From positions 2,232-66,231 of the forward strand of contig JBAXCN010000008.1 of NCBI GenBank assembly GCA_037141455.1: a DNA stretch of 64,000 bases, written 5' to 3'. Source of the stretch: Bacteroidota bacterium. Lineage in GTDB: Bacteria; Bacteroidota; Bacteroidia; UKL13-3. The translations under genes were made by a program, and so were the position numbers. Positions 1 to 9,896 of this stretch are shown piece by piece. The notes under the pieces are model-generated. The model had not been told where the DNA came from, did not search any database, and saw nothing but the letters and a program-made list of their open reading frames with translations. Within the stretch, counting starts at the first letter, position 1. Every line of letters starts with the position of its first letter.

Positions 1-1
1 A

Positions 2-103
2 GGTAAAATTAAGTTATCTAAAGATTTTGACGAACCTATGGCTTTTATTTTTTTTAAAGACGAAAAGCTAACTATAAAACTTGCAGATAAGTTTGAAAAA
101 TAA
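2..103 (+). CDS. 3' end of an upstream CDS (partial, product unknown)
   Basis: Frame is open from the window edge to TAA at 101-103. The tail reads GKIKLSKDFDEPMAFIFFKDEKLTIKLADKFEK. No family could be recognised. Confidence 0.3.
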   Translation, partial: GKIKLSKDFDEPMAFIFFKDEKLTIKLADKFEK

Positions 104-124
104 ATAAGCACTTACTTTAAGTTA

Positions 125-1078
125 TTACATCAAATCCAACGATAATTGCTTATCGGGTAACAATTTGTTGAGCAATTTTTCGAATATTGGAATGGTCCAC
201 ACAAATACCAATACGCCACTTATGTTAAAAAGCATGTGTGCATTTGCCACTGCTCGTTCTATGGGTGCTCCCACACTTATGTAGGTTACCAAGCTTACAA
301 ATGAATTGAAGAAAATTAATCCCAACACTATAGATAAAAAGTTAAACAATAAATGAAATAAACCCGTTTTTATTGCCTGTCTGCTTCCTTTAATTGTTGC
401 TAACAAGGTATCGCTGCAAGTGCCTAGTTCAGCACCAAGCATAACTGCTATGCCACCTGCCAAACTTAACAAACCTTTTTTGGAAAGTATAATGGCCATG
501 CCCACCGTAGCCGATGACGATTGAATAATTAAAGTAACAAAAGCGCCAATTAAAGAGCCCGTTAAGGGGTTTTCTGTTTTCTTTAACCATTCTAAAAAGT
601 AGGGTTCATCTTTTAGTGGTTCTACTGCATTTTCCATGGTAAACAATCCAAAAAATAGCACTCCAAAATACAATATTATTTTCCCAGTATTGTTAATTTT
701 TTCGGACTTAGAAACAATTAAAAGTATAAACCCAACTAATAAAAGTACAGGTGAATATTTACCTACATCCATTGCTATAATTTGGCTGCTAATGGTGGTA
801 CCAATATTTGCACCAAGCACTATACCCATGGCTTGCCTAAAGGTTAATAGTTTTGAATTTACAAATATGATGGTAATAATAATTACTGCCGAAGAAGAAT
901 CGAGTAGGGTGGTAACTACGGTACCCGTTAAAACTGCTGAAAATGTATTAGCTGTAAACTTTAATATCCATTTTTTTGCATTATCGCCAATGGCTTTTTG
1001 TATAGTTTCTGATAAGCTATTAACTGCAAATAAAAACAGCACTAAACCTGCAAGAATGGAAAGTATAATTTCGGACAT
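125..1078 (-). CDS. Na/Pi cotransporter family membrane protein
   Basis: 317-aa polytopic membrane protein. It carries the duplicated GANIGTT / GAELGTC signature typical of Na/Pi cotransporter II-related proteins. Confidence 0.7.
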   Translation of the reverse strand: MSEIILSILAGLVLFLFAVNSLSETIQKAIGDNAKKWILKFTANTFSAVLTGTVVTTLLDSSSAVIIITIIFVNSKLLTFRQAMGIVLGANIGTTISSQIIAMDVGKYSPVLLLVGFILLIVSKSEKINNTGKIILYFGVLFFGLFTMENAVEPLKDEPYFLEWLKKTENPLTGSLIGAFVTLIIQSSSATVGMAIILSKKGLLSLAGGIAVMLGAELGTCSDTLLATIKGSRQAIKTGLFHLLFNFLSIVLGLIFFNSFVSLVTYISVGAPIERAVANAHMLFNISGVLVFVWTIPIFEKLLNKLLPDKQLSLDLM

Positions 1079-1272
1079 TAGCTAAAATAAATTACAACGA
1101 ATGTAACATACTTGCTAAATTAATAACAATTAAGTTATTATGTTTATATTAAATTTTATACCGCTTTTACACAGTAAATGGTATAATTTTAAACAATAAA
1201 ATTGTAATAGCGGCATTAACCCTTGTAAAATTATAAAAATAGCTTTGTACTATTTTATAAATACAATTGGTA

Positions 1273-2145
1273 TTACTTCATTTTAAAATCGGTAACAATT
1301 CCATTTTGCTTTTCCCAAGCCAATCCATTCCAAACCATAAAATCGTAACTGCCATCGGGTACATAAGTGTCGTACATGCCCACATTATCGGCTTTTGGAG
1401 GAATAATATTTTCGTAAATTAAAAGCTTACGTTTTTCTTCGTAACGCAAAGTCATAGTAGCTTGGTTATTAAATTCCCAAATCATTCTGTTTAGTTTTTG
1501 TTTGCTTTTAATATCAAAAATAGGTGCACCAAAAAAAGGTTCATTGTCTCTAAAAAACAATACCTCTGCAATTTTTTTATTGCTTTTAATGGTATTGCCA
1601 TCCCAACCTAAAAGGGTATAAAATTTACCTTTTTGCGATTGAGTTTTTACAATTTTATAATAAATAGCACCATACCAATGGTCGGCATCAGTTTCGGAAT
1701 AAAAAGGGTTTTCTAAACTATCGCTTCTATCTATTAAAGGAAAAAAATCGCGCATGTTAAAAAGCTTTACTTCTCTTTTAATTTTAGTTGGATTCATTTG
1801 TATTACTCCAAAGTTTCTAAAATGCTCATCATCGCTTGCTACATTCCAAGTAATAATTCTAAAATAATTATCGGGTGCATATACAATGGATACATTTTTT
1901 AATGAATCGAATTTATAAAAATAAGAGTTGTTTATTTTTAAAGTTCTCGAAAGCATTTTAATAAAATTTCTACCACTATTAATTCTAGTAATTTCATCTA
2001 AACTAGTTACCATGTGGTGGGCTAATCCTCCTAATCTTATTTCTGCATCTTTTAAAGTATCGTATGTTAATGAATCAATTTTTTGAGCATTGACAATTAA
2101 AACAAAAGTAAAAAACAGTATTAAAATCGAATATTTCTTCAACAT
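1273..2145 (-). CDS. hypothetical secreted protein
   Basis: 290-aa ORF with an N-terminal signal-like segment (MLKKYSILILFFTFVLIVNAQ). No recognisable catalytic motif. Confidence 0.5.
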   Translation of the reverse strand: MLKKYSILILFFTFVLIVNAQKIDSLTYDTLKDAEIRLGGLAHHMVTSLDEITRINSGRNFIKMLSRTLKINNSYFYKFDSLKNVSIVYAPDNYFRIITWNVASDDEHFRNFGVIQMNPTKIKREVKLFNMRDFFPLIDRSDSLENPFYSETDADHWYGAIYYKIVKTQSQKGKFYTLLGWDGNTIKSNKKIAEVLFFRDNEPFFGAPIFDIKSKQKLNRMIWEFNNQATMTLRYEEKRKLLIYENIIPPKADNVGMYDTYVPDGSYDFMVWNGLAWEKQNGIVTDFKMK

Positions 2146-2176
2146 TATATTTAAACGGGTTTAACTATTATTTAGC

Positions 2177-3367
2177 TTATTTGGTAGATGTAGTTCTGCG
2201 TTTTCTTTCTGTTAATATTAAATTTAGTTCTCTACCAGTTTGTCCTTTTACACTGGTATTTTCAGCTGCTCGTCTAAATAAATAAGGCAATACAGCTCTT
2301 ACTGGTCCGTAAGGTAAATACTTAGCAACATTGTAACCAGCGTTGGCTAAATTATAACTTAAATTATCGCTCATGCCATACAATTGACTGAAATAAATTC
2401 TTTTATCATTATTGGCAATATTATTATCAAGCATTAGTTGCGCCAATAATTTACTGCTATTTTCGTTATGAGTTCCTGCACAAAAACTTATTTTATTTAT
2501 ATTTTCAATACAAAAACTTAATGCGTTGTTATAGTCAGCATCACTGTTTTCTTTTGAACTTTGAATAGGGTTTGTATAGTTCATTTCTAGTGCTCTTTTG
2601 GCTTCTTTTTCCATATAAGCACCCCTTACTAATTTTACTCCATAAAAGTAATTATTTTGGTTAGCAGCAACTAAACTATTCTTTAAAAATGCCAATCTAT
2701 CGTGGCGGTAAAGTTGAATAGTATTAAAAACAATGGCTTCTGTTTTGTTAAATTTTTCCATCATTTCGGTTGCCAAAACATCAATGGTATTTTGAATCCA
2801 CGATTCTTCAGCATCAATAAAAATTCTAACATGGTTTTCAAAAGCAGTGGTACAAATTTTTTCAATTCTTGCTTTTACTTTTTCAAATTCTGTTTGCTCC
2901 TCAGTTGTTAAAGTTAAATTGTCATTTACTTTACTAAGTAATTCAAAACGAGCAACGCCAGTTACTTTAAATACACAAAAAGGAATTTTTGAATTGCCTT
3001 TGGCTTTATGAATAGTTTCAATTGTTTCTTGTGTTGTAAAGTCAAAATCAGCTTCAGCCTCTTTTCCTTCCACTGAATAATCTAATATGGTTCCAATATT
3101 GTATTTATACAAGTTATCAATTGCTTTTTCGCAATCAATAATACTTTCACCACCAACAAATTGCTGATAAACAGTTTTTTTTATCAATGTTTTTATTGGT
3201 AAATGTAATGAAAATGCTGTTTCAACTAAGGGTGTACCTATTTTAACCAACCAGTTAATGCCAATGGCTTTAAACAAAAAATTGGACATTCTTAATTCAG
3301 AATCGCTTTTCGATTTAAAGGCTATTTCAGTATTAGAAAAGTCGAGGTTTAATTTTTTATTATTCAT
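2177..3367 (-). CDS. proline dehydrogenase family protein
   Basis: 396 aa. The C-terminal LYGM...YLPYGP...YLFRRAAENTS pattern is characteristic of stand-alone proline dehydrogenases. Confidence 0.75.
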   Translation of the reverse strand: MNNKKLNLDFSNTEIAFKSKSDSELRMSNFLFKAIGINWLVKIGTPLVETAFSLHLPIKTLIKKTVYQQFVGGESIIDCEKAIDNLYKYNIGTILDYSVEGKEAEADFDFTTQETIETIHKAKGNSKIPFCVFKVTGVARFELLSKVNDNLTLTTEEQTEFEKVKARIEKICTTAFENHVRIFIDAEESWIQNTIDVLATEMMEKFNKTEAIVFNTIQLYRHDRLAFLKNSLVAANQNNYFYGVKLVRGAYMEKEAKRALEMNYTNPIQSSKENSDADYNNALSFCIENINKISFCAGTHNENSSKLLAQLMLDNNIANNDKRIYFSQLYGMSDNLSYNLANAGYNVAKYLPYGPVRAVLPYLFRRAAENTSVKGQTGRELNLILTERKRRTTSTK

Positions 3368-3440
3368 AAATTGCTTTCAAAAATAAAGTTTAAATTGCAA
3401 CGCAATAATAAGTTAATATAAAGATTGTTTTACGCTATTG

Positions 3441-4502
3441 ATGAAAGTTATTTACGATAAAAAATTTAAAGTATATTTTGGTACCGAAGTATTAGGAGAA
3501 TTAGTTCAAACGCTAATAAATAAAGAATATAGTTCTGTTTATATTTTAGTTGATGAAAACACAGAAAAATATTGTTTACCGATATTAAAACCATATTTAG
3601 AAAAATATATATTAATTAGAATTAAATGCGGAGAACAAAACAAAAATTTAGAAAATGCCACTTTAATTTGGAATAGCTTTCAACAAAACTTAGCAAACCG
3701 AAATACAGTTTTATTAAATTTGGGGGGAGGCACTTTAAGCGATTTAGGTGGTTTTTGTGCAGCAACTTATAAGCGTGGCATTGATTTTATAAATATACCC
3801 ACTTCCTTATTGGCAATGGTTGATGCATCAATAGGAGGTAAGCAAGGAGTTGATTTAAATAGCTATAAAAACCTAATTGGTATTTTCAAACATCCTGAAC
3901 AAGTATTTATCTATCCTCAGTTTATTGAATCTCTACCAAATATTGAGAGAAGAAATGGTCTTGCTGAAATTTTAAAACATGCATTGATAGATGAAAAAAA
4001 GTTATTTGATAAATTAATTAGTAACAGCCAAATTGATTATTTACACATTGAAAAATTAATAGAAAAATCAACTAAAATAAAGATAAAAATAGTTAATAAA
4101 GACCCTTATGAAAAAGGGCTAAGAAAATTATTAAATTTTGGACATACCATTGGTCATGCAATAGAAACTTTTAGTTTATTAAACAATCCAATTCCATTAA
4201 AACATGGTGAAGCGGTTGCAATTGGAATTATATGCGAATCATATTTATCGTACAAATTATTGAGTTTAAGTTTAGAAGAATTGAATTTAATAGTTCAATT
4301 TGTTAAAATAAATTTTGACAAATACAATTCAAATTGGAATGTAAATGAGTTAATTAAAATAATGCAAAACGACAAAAAAAATAACAATTCAGGTATAAAT
4401 TTTACATTACTTAAAAAAATTGGTAAGGCACAAATTGATTGTATTTGTTCAACAGAAATGATTGAAGAATCATTGAACTATTATAAAAATTTAGAATTTT
4501 AA
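3441..4502 (+). CDS. aroB: 3-dehydroquinate synthase
   Basis: Contains GGGTLSDLGGFCAATYKRGIDFINIPTSLLAMVDASIGGK, the nucleotide/metal-binding core of DHQ synthase. The ATG at 3441 is preferred over the adjacent TTG at 3438. The gene sits next to aroA. Confidence 0.9.
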   Translation: MKVIYDKKFKVYFGTEVLGELVQTLINKEYSSVYILVDENTEKYCLPILKPYLEKYILIRIKCGEQNKNLENATLIWNSFQQNLANRNTVLLNLGGGTLSDLGGFCAATYKRGIDFINIPTSLLAMVDASIGGKQGVDLNSYKNLIGIFKHPEQVFIYPQFIESLPNIERRNGLAEILKHALIDEKKLFDKLISNSQIDYLHIEKLIEKSTKIKIKIVNKDPYEKGLRKLLNFGHTIGHAIETFSLLNNPIPLKHGEAVAIGIICESYLSYKLLSLSLEELNLIVQFVKINFDKYNSNWNVNELIKIMQNDKKNNNSGINFTLLKKIGKAQIDCICSTEMIEESLNYYKNLEF

Positions 4503-4508
4503 TTTTGA

Positions 4509-5768
4509 ATGTATAGGTTAAGTTACACGAACCCTCATTTAAATTCAATTGAAATTGATTTACCCACTTCAAAAAGTATAAGCAATAGAGCTTTAATTTT
4601 AAATGCACTTTTAAAAAATAAAATAAAATTATTTGAACTTTCCTCTGCTGACGATACTCAAATAATGATTACTGCTTTAACTTTAACTAACAATGAAATT
4701 TATTTAAAAAACGCAGGAACTTGTATGCGTTTTTTAACTGCTTATTTTTCTATTTTACCACAAATAAATGTAATACTTAATTGTGATGAAAGAATGAAGG
4801 AAAGGCCAATAAAAGAGTTAGTTGAAGCACTAAATAATTTGGGTGCGGATATTAAATATTTAGAAAACGAAAATTATCCTCCTTTAGCTATTTCGGGTAA
4901 AAAAATTATTGGTAATACTGTTCATTTAAATGCTTCAAAAAGTAGTCAATTTGTATCGGCACTGATGCTTATAGCACCATTTATTAAAAATGGTTTGACA
5001 ATACACTTAGCTGAATCAATTGCATCGTACGATTATATTAAAATTACATCTTTATTAATGAATGAATTTGGATTCAGATGTAAATTAGTTAATAATAAAA
5101 TTGAAATAGAAGAATATGTAAATACTCCCATTTTACATGAATACACTATTGAAAAAGACTGGAGTGCAGCAGCTTTTTGGTATTTAACAACTTGCATAAA
5201 TCCTAATATGAATATTTACTTGAATAGTTTGGATTTAAATAGTATTCAGGGTGATAAAATTACAGCAGCTTATTTTCAAAAACTTGGAATAACAACTATT
5301 CAAACTGAATCAGGAATTGAAATTAAAAACAGTTTGAAGTGCATTAATAACTTAAGTTTTAATTTAGAAAATTGTATTGATTTGGCTCCTGCACTGAGTG
5401 TTGGTTGTGCTGTTTTAAATTTAAACGTAAGTTTATATGGATTGAATAATTTAAAAATAAAAGAAAGCAACAGATTAATAGCAATTGTAAATGAATTATT
5501 GAAATTCGGCTTTAATGTTGAAAATACGAATGATTCAATTAACATTAAAAGTATTGAAACAAATATTGATTACAATAAACAGGTATTAATTAAAACTTAT
5601 AACGACCACAGAATAGCAATGGCATTTGCACCCCTAGCTGTGTTATTTAGTAATTTAGTAATAGAGGAAATAGAATCGGTTGGTAAATCATACCCTAATT
5701 TTTTTAACGATTTAAATAAAATTGGCATTGATATTAAGCCAATTCTTTTGAATACTGAAATGAAGTAG
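4509..5768 (+). CDS. aroA: 3-phosphoshikimate 1-carboxyvinyltransferase (EPSP synthase)
   Basis: 419 aa with the LPTSKSISNRALIL and GTCMRF motifs and a DHRIAMAF motif near the C-terminus. It immediately follows aroB. Confidence 0.9.
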   Translation: MYRLSYTNPHLNSIEIDLPTSKSISNRALILNALLKNKIKLFELSSADDTQIMITALTLTNNEIYLKNAGTCMRFLTAYFSILPQINVILNCDERMKERPIKELVEALNNLGADIKYLENENYPPLAISGKKIIGNTVHLNASKSSQFVSALMLIAPFIKNGLTIHLAESIASYDYIKITSLLMNEFGFRCKLVNNKIEIEEYVNTPILHEYTIEKDWSAAAFWYLTTCINPNMNIYLNSLDLNSIQGDKITAAYFQKLGITTIQTESGIEIKNSLKCINNLSFNLENCIDLAPALSVGCAVLNLNVSLYGLNNLKIKESNRLIAIVNELLKFGFNVENTNDSINIKSIETNIDYNKQVLIKTYNDHRIAMAFAPLAVLFSNLVIEEIESVGKSYPNFFNDLNKIGIDIKPILLNTEMK

Positions 5769-6549
5769 GAACAGGTTTTTGAATATTGTTTTTATCTAAT
5801 GCTATTTTAATATTTTCTGTAACACCAAAGTATACATTCCAATAATTTTGTGCTATAGCATATGGCCTTACTGCAAGTGTAATCATTCCATTTTCCGAAC
5901 TTAAAACAGAAACTTCTGGTGAAGGAGTTTTTAAAACAGTATTAAAATTAATACATTCAGCCAATATTATATTTTTTACGTTTTCTATATTGGTATCTGA
6001 TGCTACATTAATAATTAAATCAACTCTTAAACTACCTTGTTTACTATAATTAATAATAGTTCCATTCGATACAGCTCCATTTGCTAAAATTACAGTTTTA
6101 TGATCAGGAGTTAATAAAATGGTATTGAAAATTTGAATTTCTAAAACAACTCCAGTTTGACCTTGCGCTTCCAATAAGTCGCCAACTTTAAAAGGCTTAA
6201 ATACTAAAATTAATACACCTCCAGCAAAATTTGATAAAGACCCTTGTAACGCCAAACCAACTGCTAAACCTAAGGCTCCAACTACAGCAACAAACGAAGT
6301 GGTTTGAATGCCCAACATTCCAGCAACGGTAATAAGTAACATTATTTTTAATGCAACACTAATCATGCTACTTAAAAACGATTGTAACGAAACGTCTAAT
6401 CCGTTTTTCTTTAATCCTTTAGCAGTTATTTTTGTAGTCCAATTAATAATATATAATCCAATTACAAAAACTAAAATTGACCCTATTAACTTAGGACCAA
6501 AAATGTAAATAAAATTCAATAAATTTTGGGTAATAGTGCTGATTTCCAT
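5734..6549 (-). CDS. mechanosensitive ion channel (MscS family)
   Basis: 271 aa with three N-terminal TM helices. These are followed by the PFKVGDLLEAQGQTGVVLEIQIFNT beta-domain motif typical of MscS. Confidence 0.8.
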   Translation of the reverse strand: MEISTITQNLLNFIYIFGPKLIGSILVFVIGLYIINWTTKITAKGLKKNGLDVSLQSFLSSMISVALKIMLLITVAGMLGIQTTSFVAVVGALGLAVGLALQGSLSNFAGGVLILVFKPFKVGDLLEAQGQTGVVLEIQIFNTILLTPDHKTVILANGAVSNGTIINYSKQGSLRVDLIINVASDTNIENVKNIILAECINFNTVLKTPSPEVSVLSSENGMITLAVRPYAIAQNYWNVYFGVTENIKIALDKNNIQKPVPTSFQYSKELA

Positions 6550-6624
6550 AGTTATTTTTTATTTTTCAAATATGAAAAAAATAATATCAATTTCTTATTT
6601 TTAAATAATTGTTTTATTCAAAAA

Positions 6625-8694
6625 CTATTCTACCAAAGCGTAGTTGATAATAACATTAGTAAGTTCACTGTTAAAAGCCAATTGTTTTGCTAAAGTTTTA
6701 TCAACTTGAATGATAACTCCCTCATTAGAATTCTCTAAAATACTCGTAATTCGGGCATATATTTTTTTAAAGTTTTCGGTACTAGTAATTAAAACTAAGG
6801 TACCAATAGGTAAACTTTTATGAGCAATTCCTATAAATTTATCGTCTTTAAATAAACACAAACCCTTTTCTACAGTATTTTTAACTTGACTCGATTTATC
6901 TGTTTTTTTTATGGCACCAATGGTTTTATTATCAATTGAATTTAAGGCCAAATATGGTTTACGAGCTCTAGCTGCATTTACAATTAAATCTTGGCCAACT
7001 CTTATTCTATTTTGATATAAATTATTCCAATTGGCTATGTCGTTTATTGATATTTTATACTTTTTTGCAATGGTTTCTATTTTTTCTCCTGGTAAAACTA
7101 AATGCGTATAACTTTCTTTTGTTTCTCCTGGATTTGAGTTTGCATGAACTTCATTTAAGTTCATATTTCTTACCATATCTTCAATGGTTTTTTTTGCGTT
7201 ACTGTCTAATAAGCTTGTAGTAGTAATTATTTTATCCCCCCAATTATATCTTATTAACGAATCGTTTGTTGTTGTTTGTTGTTCAACTTTTGTTACACCT
7301 TTTACATTTTCAAATGCATTGATATTAGATGCTACAGTGTCACTTTTATTTTCATCATTTAAATTAGAAGCAGTTACACTATTTTTTTCTTTTTCTATTT
7401 GGTCGTAATCTAATCCAGTTAGCGTTTTAATAATTTTTTTATTTGTTGGCACTAAAAGTATTTGTCCTGTATTTACCTTACTTGTTTTTAAATTGTTTGC
7501 CGATATAATTTTTGAATTAGTAGTGTAATTTATTTTTGAAATTCTTGTTAAATCTTCACCACTTATTACCAAATGCTTTATATATAACGAACCTAACTTT
7601 TTTACTATTACAAAATCTCCAACTAAAGTTTCATTAGGTTTTAAATCTGTTTTTATGTCAACTTTAGTTTCTTCATAATTATTTTGATTATTTTCTGTTT
7701 TAATTTCTTCGGTAATTGTTTCTTTTACTGGAACTACAACTTGTTCTGTTTTTACTGGTTCTGAACGGGAAGGAATTCTAATAATTTTACCAGGTTTTAA
7801 TTTTTCAGTAGTTATTTTATTTCTTTCAATTAATTCGGCTGCAGTGCAATAATAATATGCTGCCAAGCTATTAATATTATCTCCTTCACCAATTTTATAA
7901 ACTATATAACTCTTTGATCCGTTAATATCTATATTTAACTCTTCGCCATAAGCAGCAGGTATGATCGTTTTATTTGTAGAATCAACAACATTTATTGCTT
8001 TTATTTCATCATTTTTAATATTTTCGCTAGATTTTGCAAGTGTATTTTCTTCTGCAATTGTTTCTTTTACAGGAACTACTACGGCTTCAGTAATATTAGG
8101 TTCTGAACGTAAAGGAATTTTAATAATTTTACCTGTAATAAGTTTCTCAGAAGTTATATTATTTCTTTCAATTAATTCAGCAGCAGAGCAATTGTAATAA
8201 GTTGCTAAATCTTTTATATTATCTCCTTCGCCCACTTTATAAACAATTAAACTATTTGACCCTTTAAATTCTGTTCTTAATTCTTGTCCATAAATTGTTG
8301 GTTTGTTCGATTTTTTTATAGAGTCAGTTGTGTTAACTTGTTTTGGTTCAGCATTTTTAAAATTATCGCCAAACTTCGGCAATGTATTTTCTTCAACTGG
8401 TGCTTCTTTTTCAATTATTTTAGGTTGTTCTAAACTTTTAACTCCATATGCAGGAACTTTTATATTTTTAATACCTTTTAAACTTCCACCAGTTTGCTGA
8501 TTTGCATCAATTAGCGAACGTTCAGTAATGTTAAACTTTTGAGCAATATTTTCCCAAGTATCACCACTAATTACAGAGTAAATAATGTATTCTTTTCCTT
8601 TAATGGTTTTAGTTATATATTGTTGATTTTGTTGAGCTAAAACTATATTTATTGAAAAAACTAAGAATGCAAAAACGGCTAATAAATGTTTCAT
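6625..8694 (-). CDS. secreted multi-LysM peptidoglycan-binding protein
   Basis: 689 aa with a signal peptide. Five LysM-like units are present (e.g. YIIYSVISGDTWENIAQKF..., YTHLVLPGEKIETIAKKYKISINDIANWNNL). The C-terminal ~90 aa weakly resemble an RlpA-type double-psi barrel (AHKSLPIGTLVLIT). Confidence 0.75.
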   Translation of the reverse strand: MKHLLAVFAFLVFSINIVLAQQNQQYITKTIKGKEYIIYSVISGDTWENIAQKFNITERSLIDANQQTGGSLKGIKNIKVPAYGVKSLEQPKIIEKEAPVEENTLPKFGDNFKNAEPKQVNTTDSIKKSNKPTIYGQELRTEFKGSNSLIVYKVGEGDNIKDLATYYNCSAAELIERNNITSEKLITGKIIKIPLRSEPNITEAVVVPVKETIAEENTLAKSSENIKNDEIKAINVVDSTNKTIIPAAYGEELNIDINGSKSYIVYKIGEGDNINSLAAYYYCTAAELIERNKITTEKLKPGKIIRIPSRSEPVKTEQVVVPVKETITEEIKTENNQNNYEETKVDIKTDLKPNETLVGDFVIVKKLGSLYIKHLVISGEDLTRISKINYTTNSKIISANNLKTSKVNTGQILLVPTNKKIIKTLTGLDYDQIEKEKNSVTASNLNDENKSDTVASNINAFENVKGVTKVEQQTTTNDSLIRYNWGDKIITTTSLLDSNAKKTIEDMVRNMNLNEVHANSNPGETKESYTHLVLPGEKIETIAKKYKISINDIANWNNLYQNRIRVGQDLIVNAARARKPYLALNSIDNKTIGAIKKTDKSSQVKNTVEKGLCLFKDDKFIGIAHKSLPIGTLVLITSTENFKKIYARITSILENSNEGVIIQVDKTLAKQLAFNSELTNVIINYALVE
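7711..8394. repeat. in-frame tandem duplication, 2 x 342 bp (114 aa each), inside the LysM gene
   Basis: Protein residues 101-214 and 215-328 align end to end (EENTL...YKVGEGDNI...AAELIERN...VVVPVKETI). Similarity is clearly visible at the DNA level too. Confidence 0.85.
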
Positions 8695-8786
8695 TTTACT
8701 TTAAAATTATTTTAATCAAAATTACATTAATTACATACAAACTATTATTTCATTAATTGAATTTATGGTCAATAAATGTGGATTGT

Positions 8787-9893
8787 CTATTTTGTGGGAT
8801 GGGAAGTAATTAAATCAGAATATAAATTTTCGTATTCAATTGTCATTTTTTTTGCACTAAAATTTATCAATTCTTTATTTTCTTCCATTTTTAAATTATT
8901 TAAAATACCGGTTAATTCTTTAACACTTTTTGTTTCAAAGAATTTTGCTTGTTTACTATTAGGTTCAAAAATTTCTTTGTGTTGAGGTATATCTGAAAGT
9001 ATACAGGTTAATCCAGTCATTCCAGCTTCTAAAACTGAATTTGGAAATCCTTCAGATAATGAAGCTGAAATATAACAATCGGCAATTTTTAAATACTCAT
9101 GTGCATTATTTACATTTCCTGTGAATGTTATATTTAAACCAATTGAAGTTTCAATACATTTACTTTTCAGTGGACCTTCCCCTAAAAAAATTAATTGATA
9201 ATCGTTATTATTTTTAATACTTTTAAATGAATTAATAATAGTTAGAGGATCTTTTCTATCAGTTAGTTGTCCTAAGCTTATTATAATTATTTTATCTAAT
9301 GGAATATTTAAATTTTTCTTTAGTTCAGTCTTTTTAAGTTCATCAATGGGGTAATATAAATTTGAATCAACTCCATTTTGAATGCATTGAATATTTTTAT
9401 CAATATTTTGATAATGATTTTTTAAATGTTTTGAAACTACAGTTCTTGCAGTAGCATTTTTAAAAGCCACAAGTTCTTTTTTTGCAAAATATCTTCCTAT
9501 CAATTTACCATAAGTATCAGAATAATTTTTTTCAAGTATAGCTTGCAAAGTAACTATGCGTTTATAATTACTTAAATATTTAAAAGCAAAATAACTTCCT
9601 CGCAATCCTTGTGTATGTATTATATCTGGATTTATTTTATCAACTTCTTTGATTAATTTTTTTTTGCCGTTTAAAATCCATTTAGTCCTACTTAAATTTA
9701 AAGATGTTATTTTTATTGGTAGCTTTTTAAAATCTTCAATTTTACTTTTCGCATTTTCTGGTGAGAGAGTAATTATATGAATATCAAATTTAGAATAATC
9801 AATGTTTTTGCAAATATTGTAAATTACATTTGTTAATCCAGATGTTTCTAAAGTAGAATTAATAACCAATATTTTATTTTTAATTGACTTCAT
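8787..9893 (-). CDS. glycosyltransferase family 4 (GT-B, GT1/GT4-like)
   Basis: 368 aa. The C-terminal EGFPNSVLEAGMTGLTCILSD motif matches the E-x7-E region of GT4 enzymes. It is the last gene of the polysaccharide operon. Confidence 0.8.
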   Translation of the reverse strand: MKSIKNKILVINSTLETSGLTNVIYNICKNIDYSKFDIHIITLSPENAKSKIEDFKKLPIKITSLNLSRTKWILNGKKKLIKEVDKINPDIIHTQGLRGSYFAFKYLSNYKRIVTLQAILEKNYSDTYGKLIGRYFAKKELVAFKNATARTVVSKHLKNHYQNIDKNIQCIQNGVDSNLYYPIDELKKTELKKNLNIPLDKIIIISLGQLTDRKDPLTIINSFKSIKNNNDYQLIFLGEGPLKSKCIETSIGLNITFTGNVNNAHEYLKIADCYISASLSEGFPNSVLEAGMTGLTCILSDIPQHKEIFEPNSKQAKFFETKSVKELTGILNNLKMEENKELINFSAKKMTIEYENLYSDLITSHPTK

Positions 9894-9896
9894 TTT

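Noticed and set aside
636-1085. 149-aa plus-strand ORF inside the Na/Pi cotransporter gene
   Set aside because: It is fully nested antisense to a gene with clear family motifs, and its sequence has no recognisable features.
5734-5768. 35-bp convergent overlap between the aroA 3' end and the mscS-like 3' end
   Set aside because: Both ORFs have full-length family features up to their ends. Short convergent overlaps are common in compact genomes, and there is no sign of frameshift or fusion.
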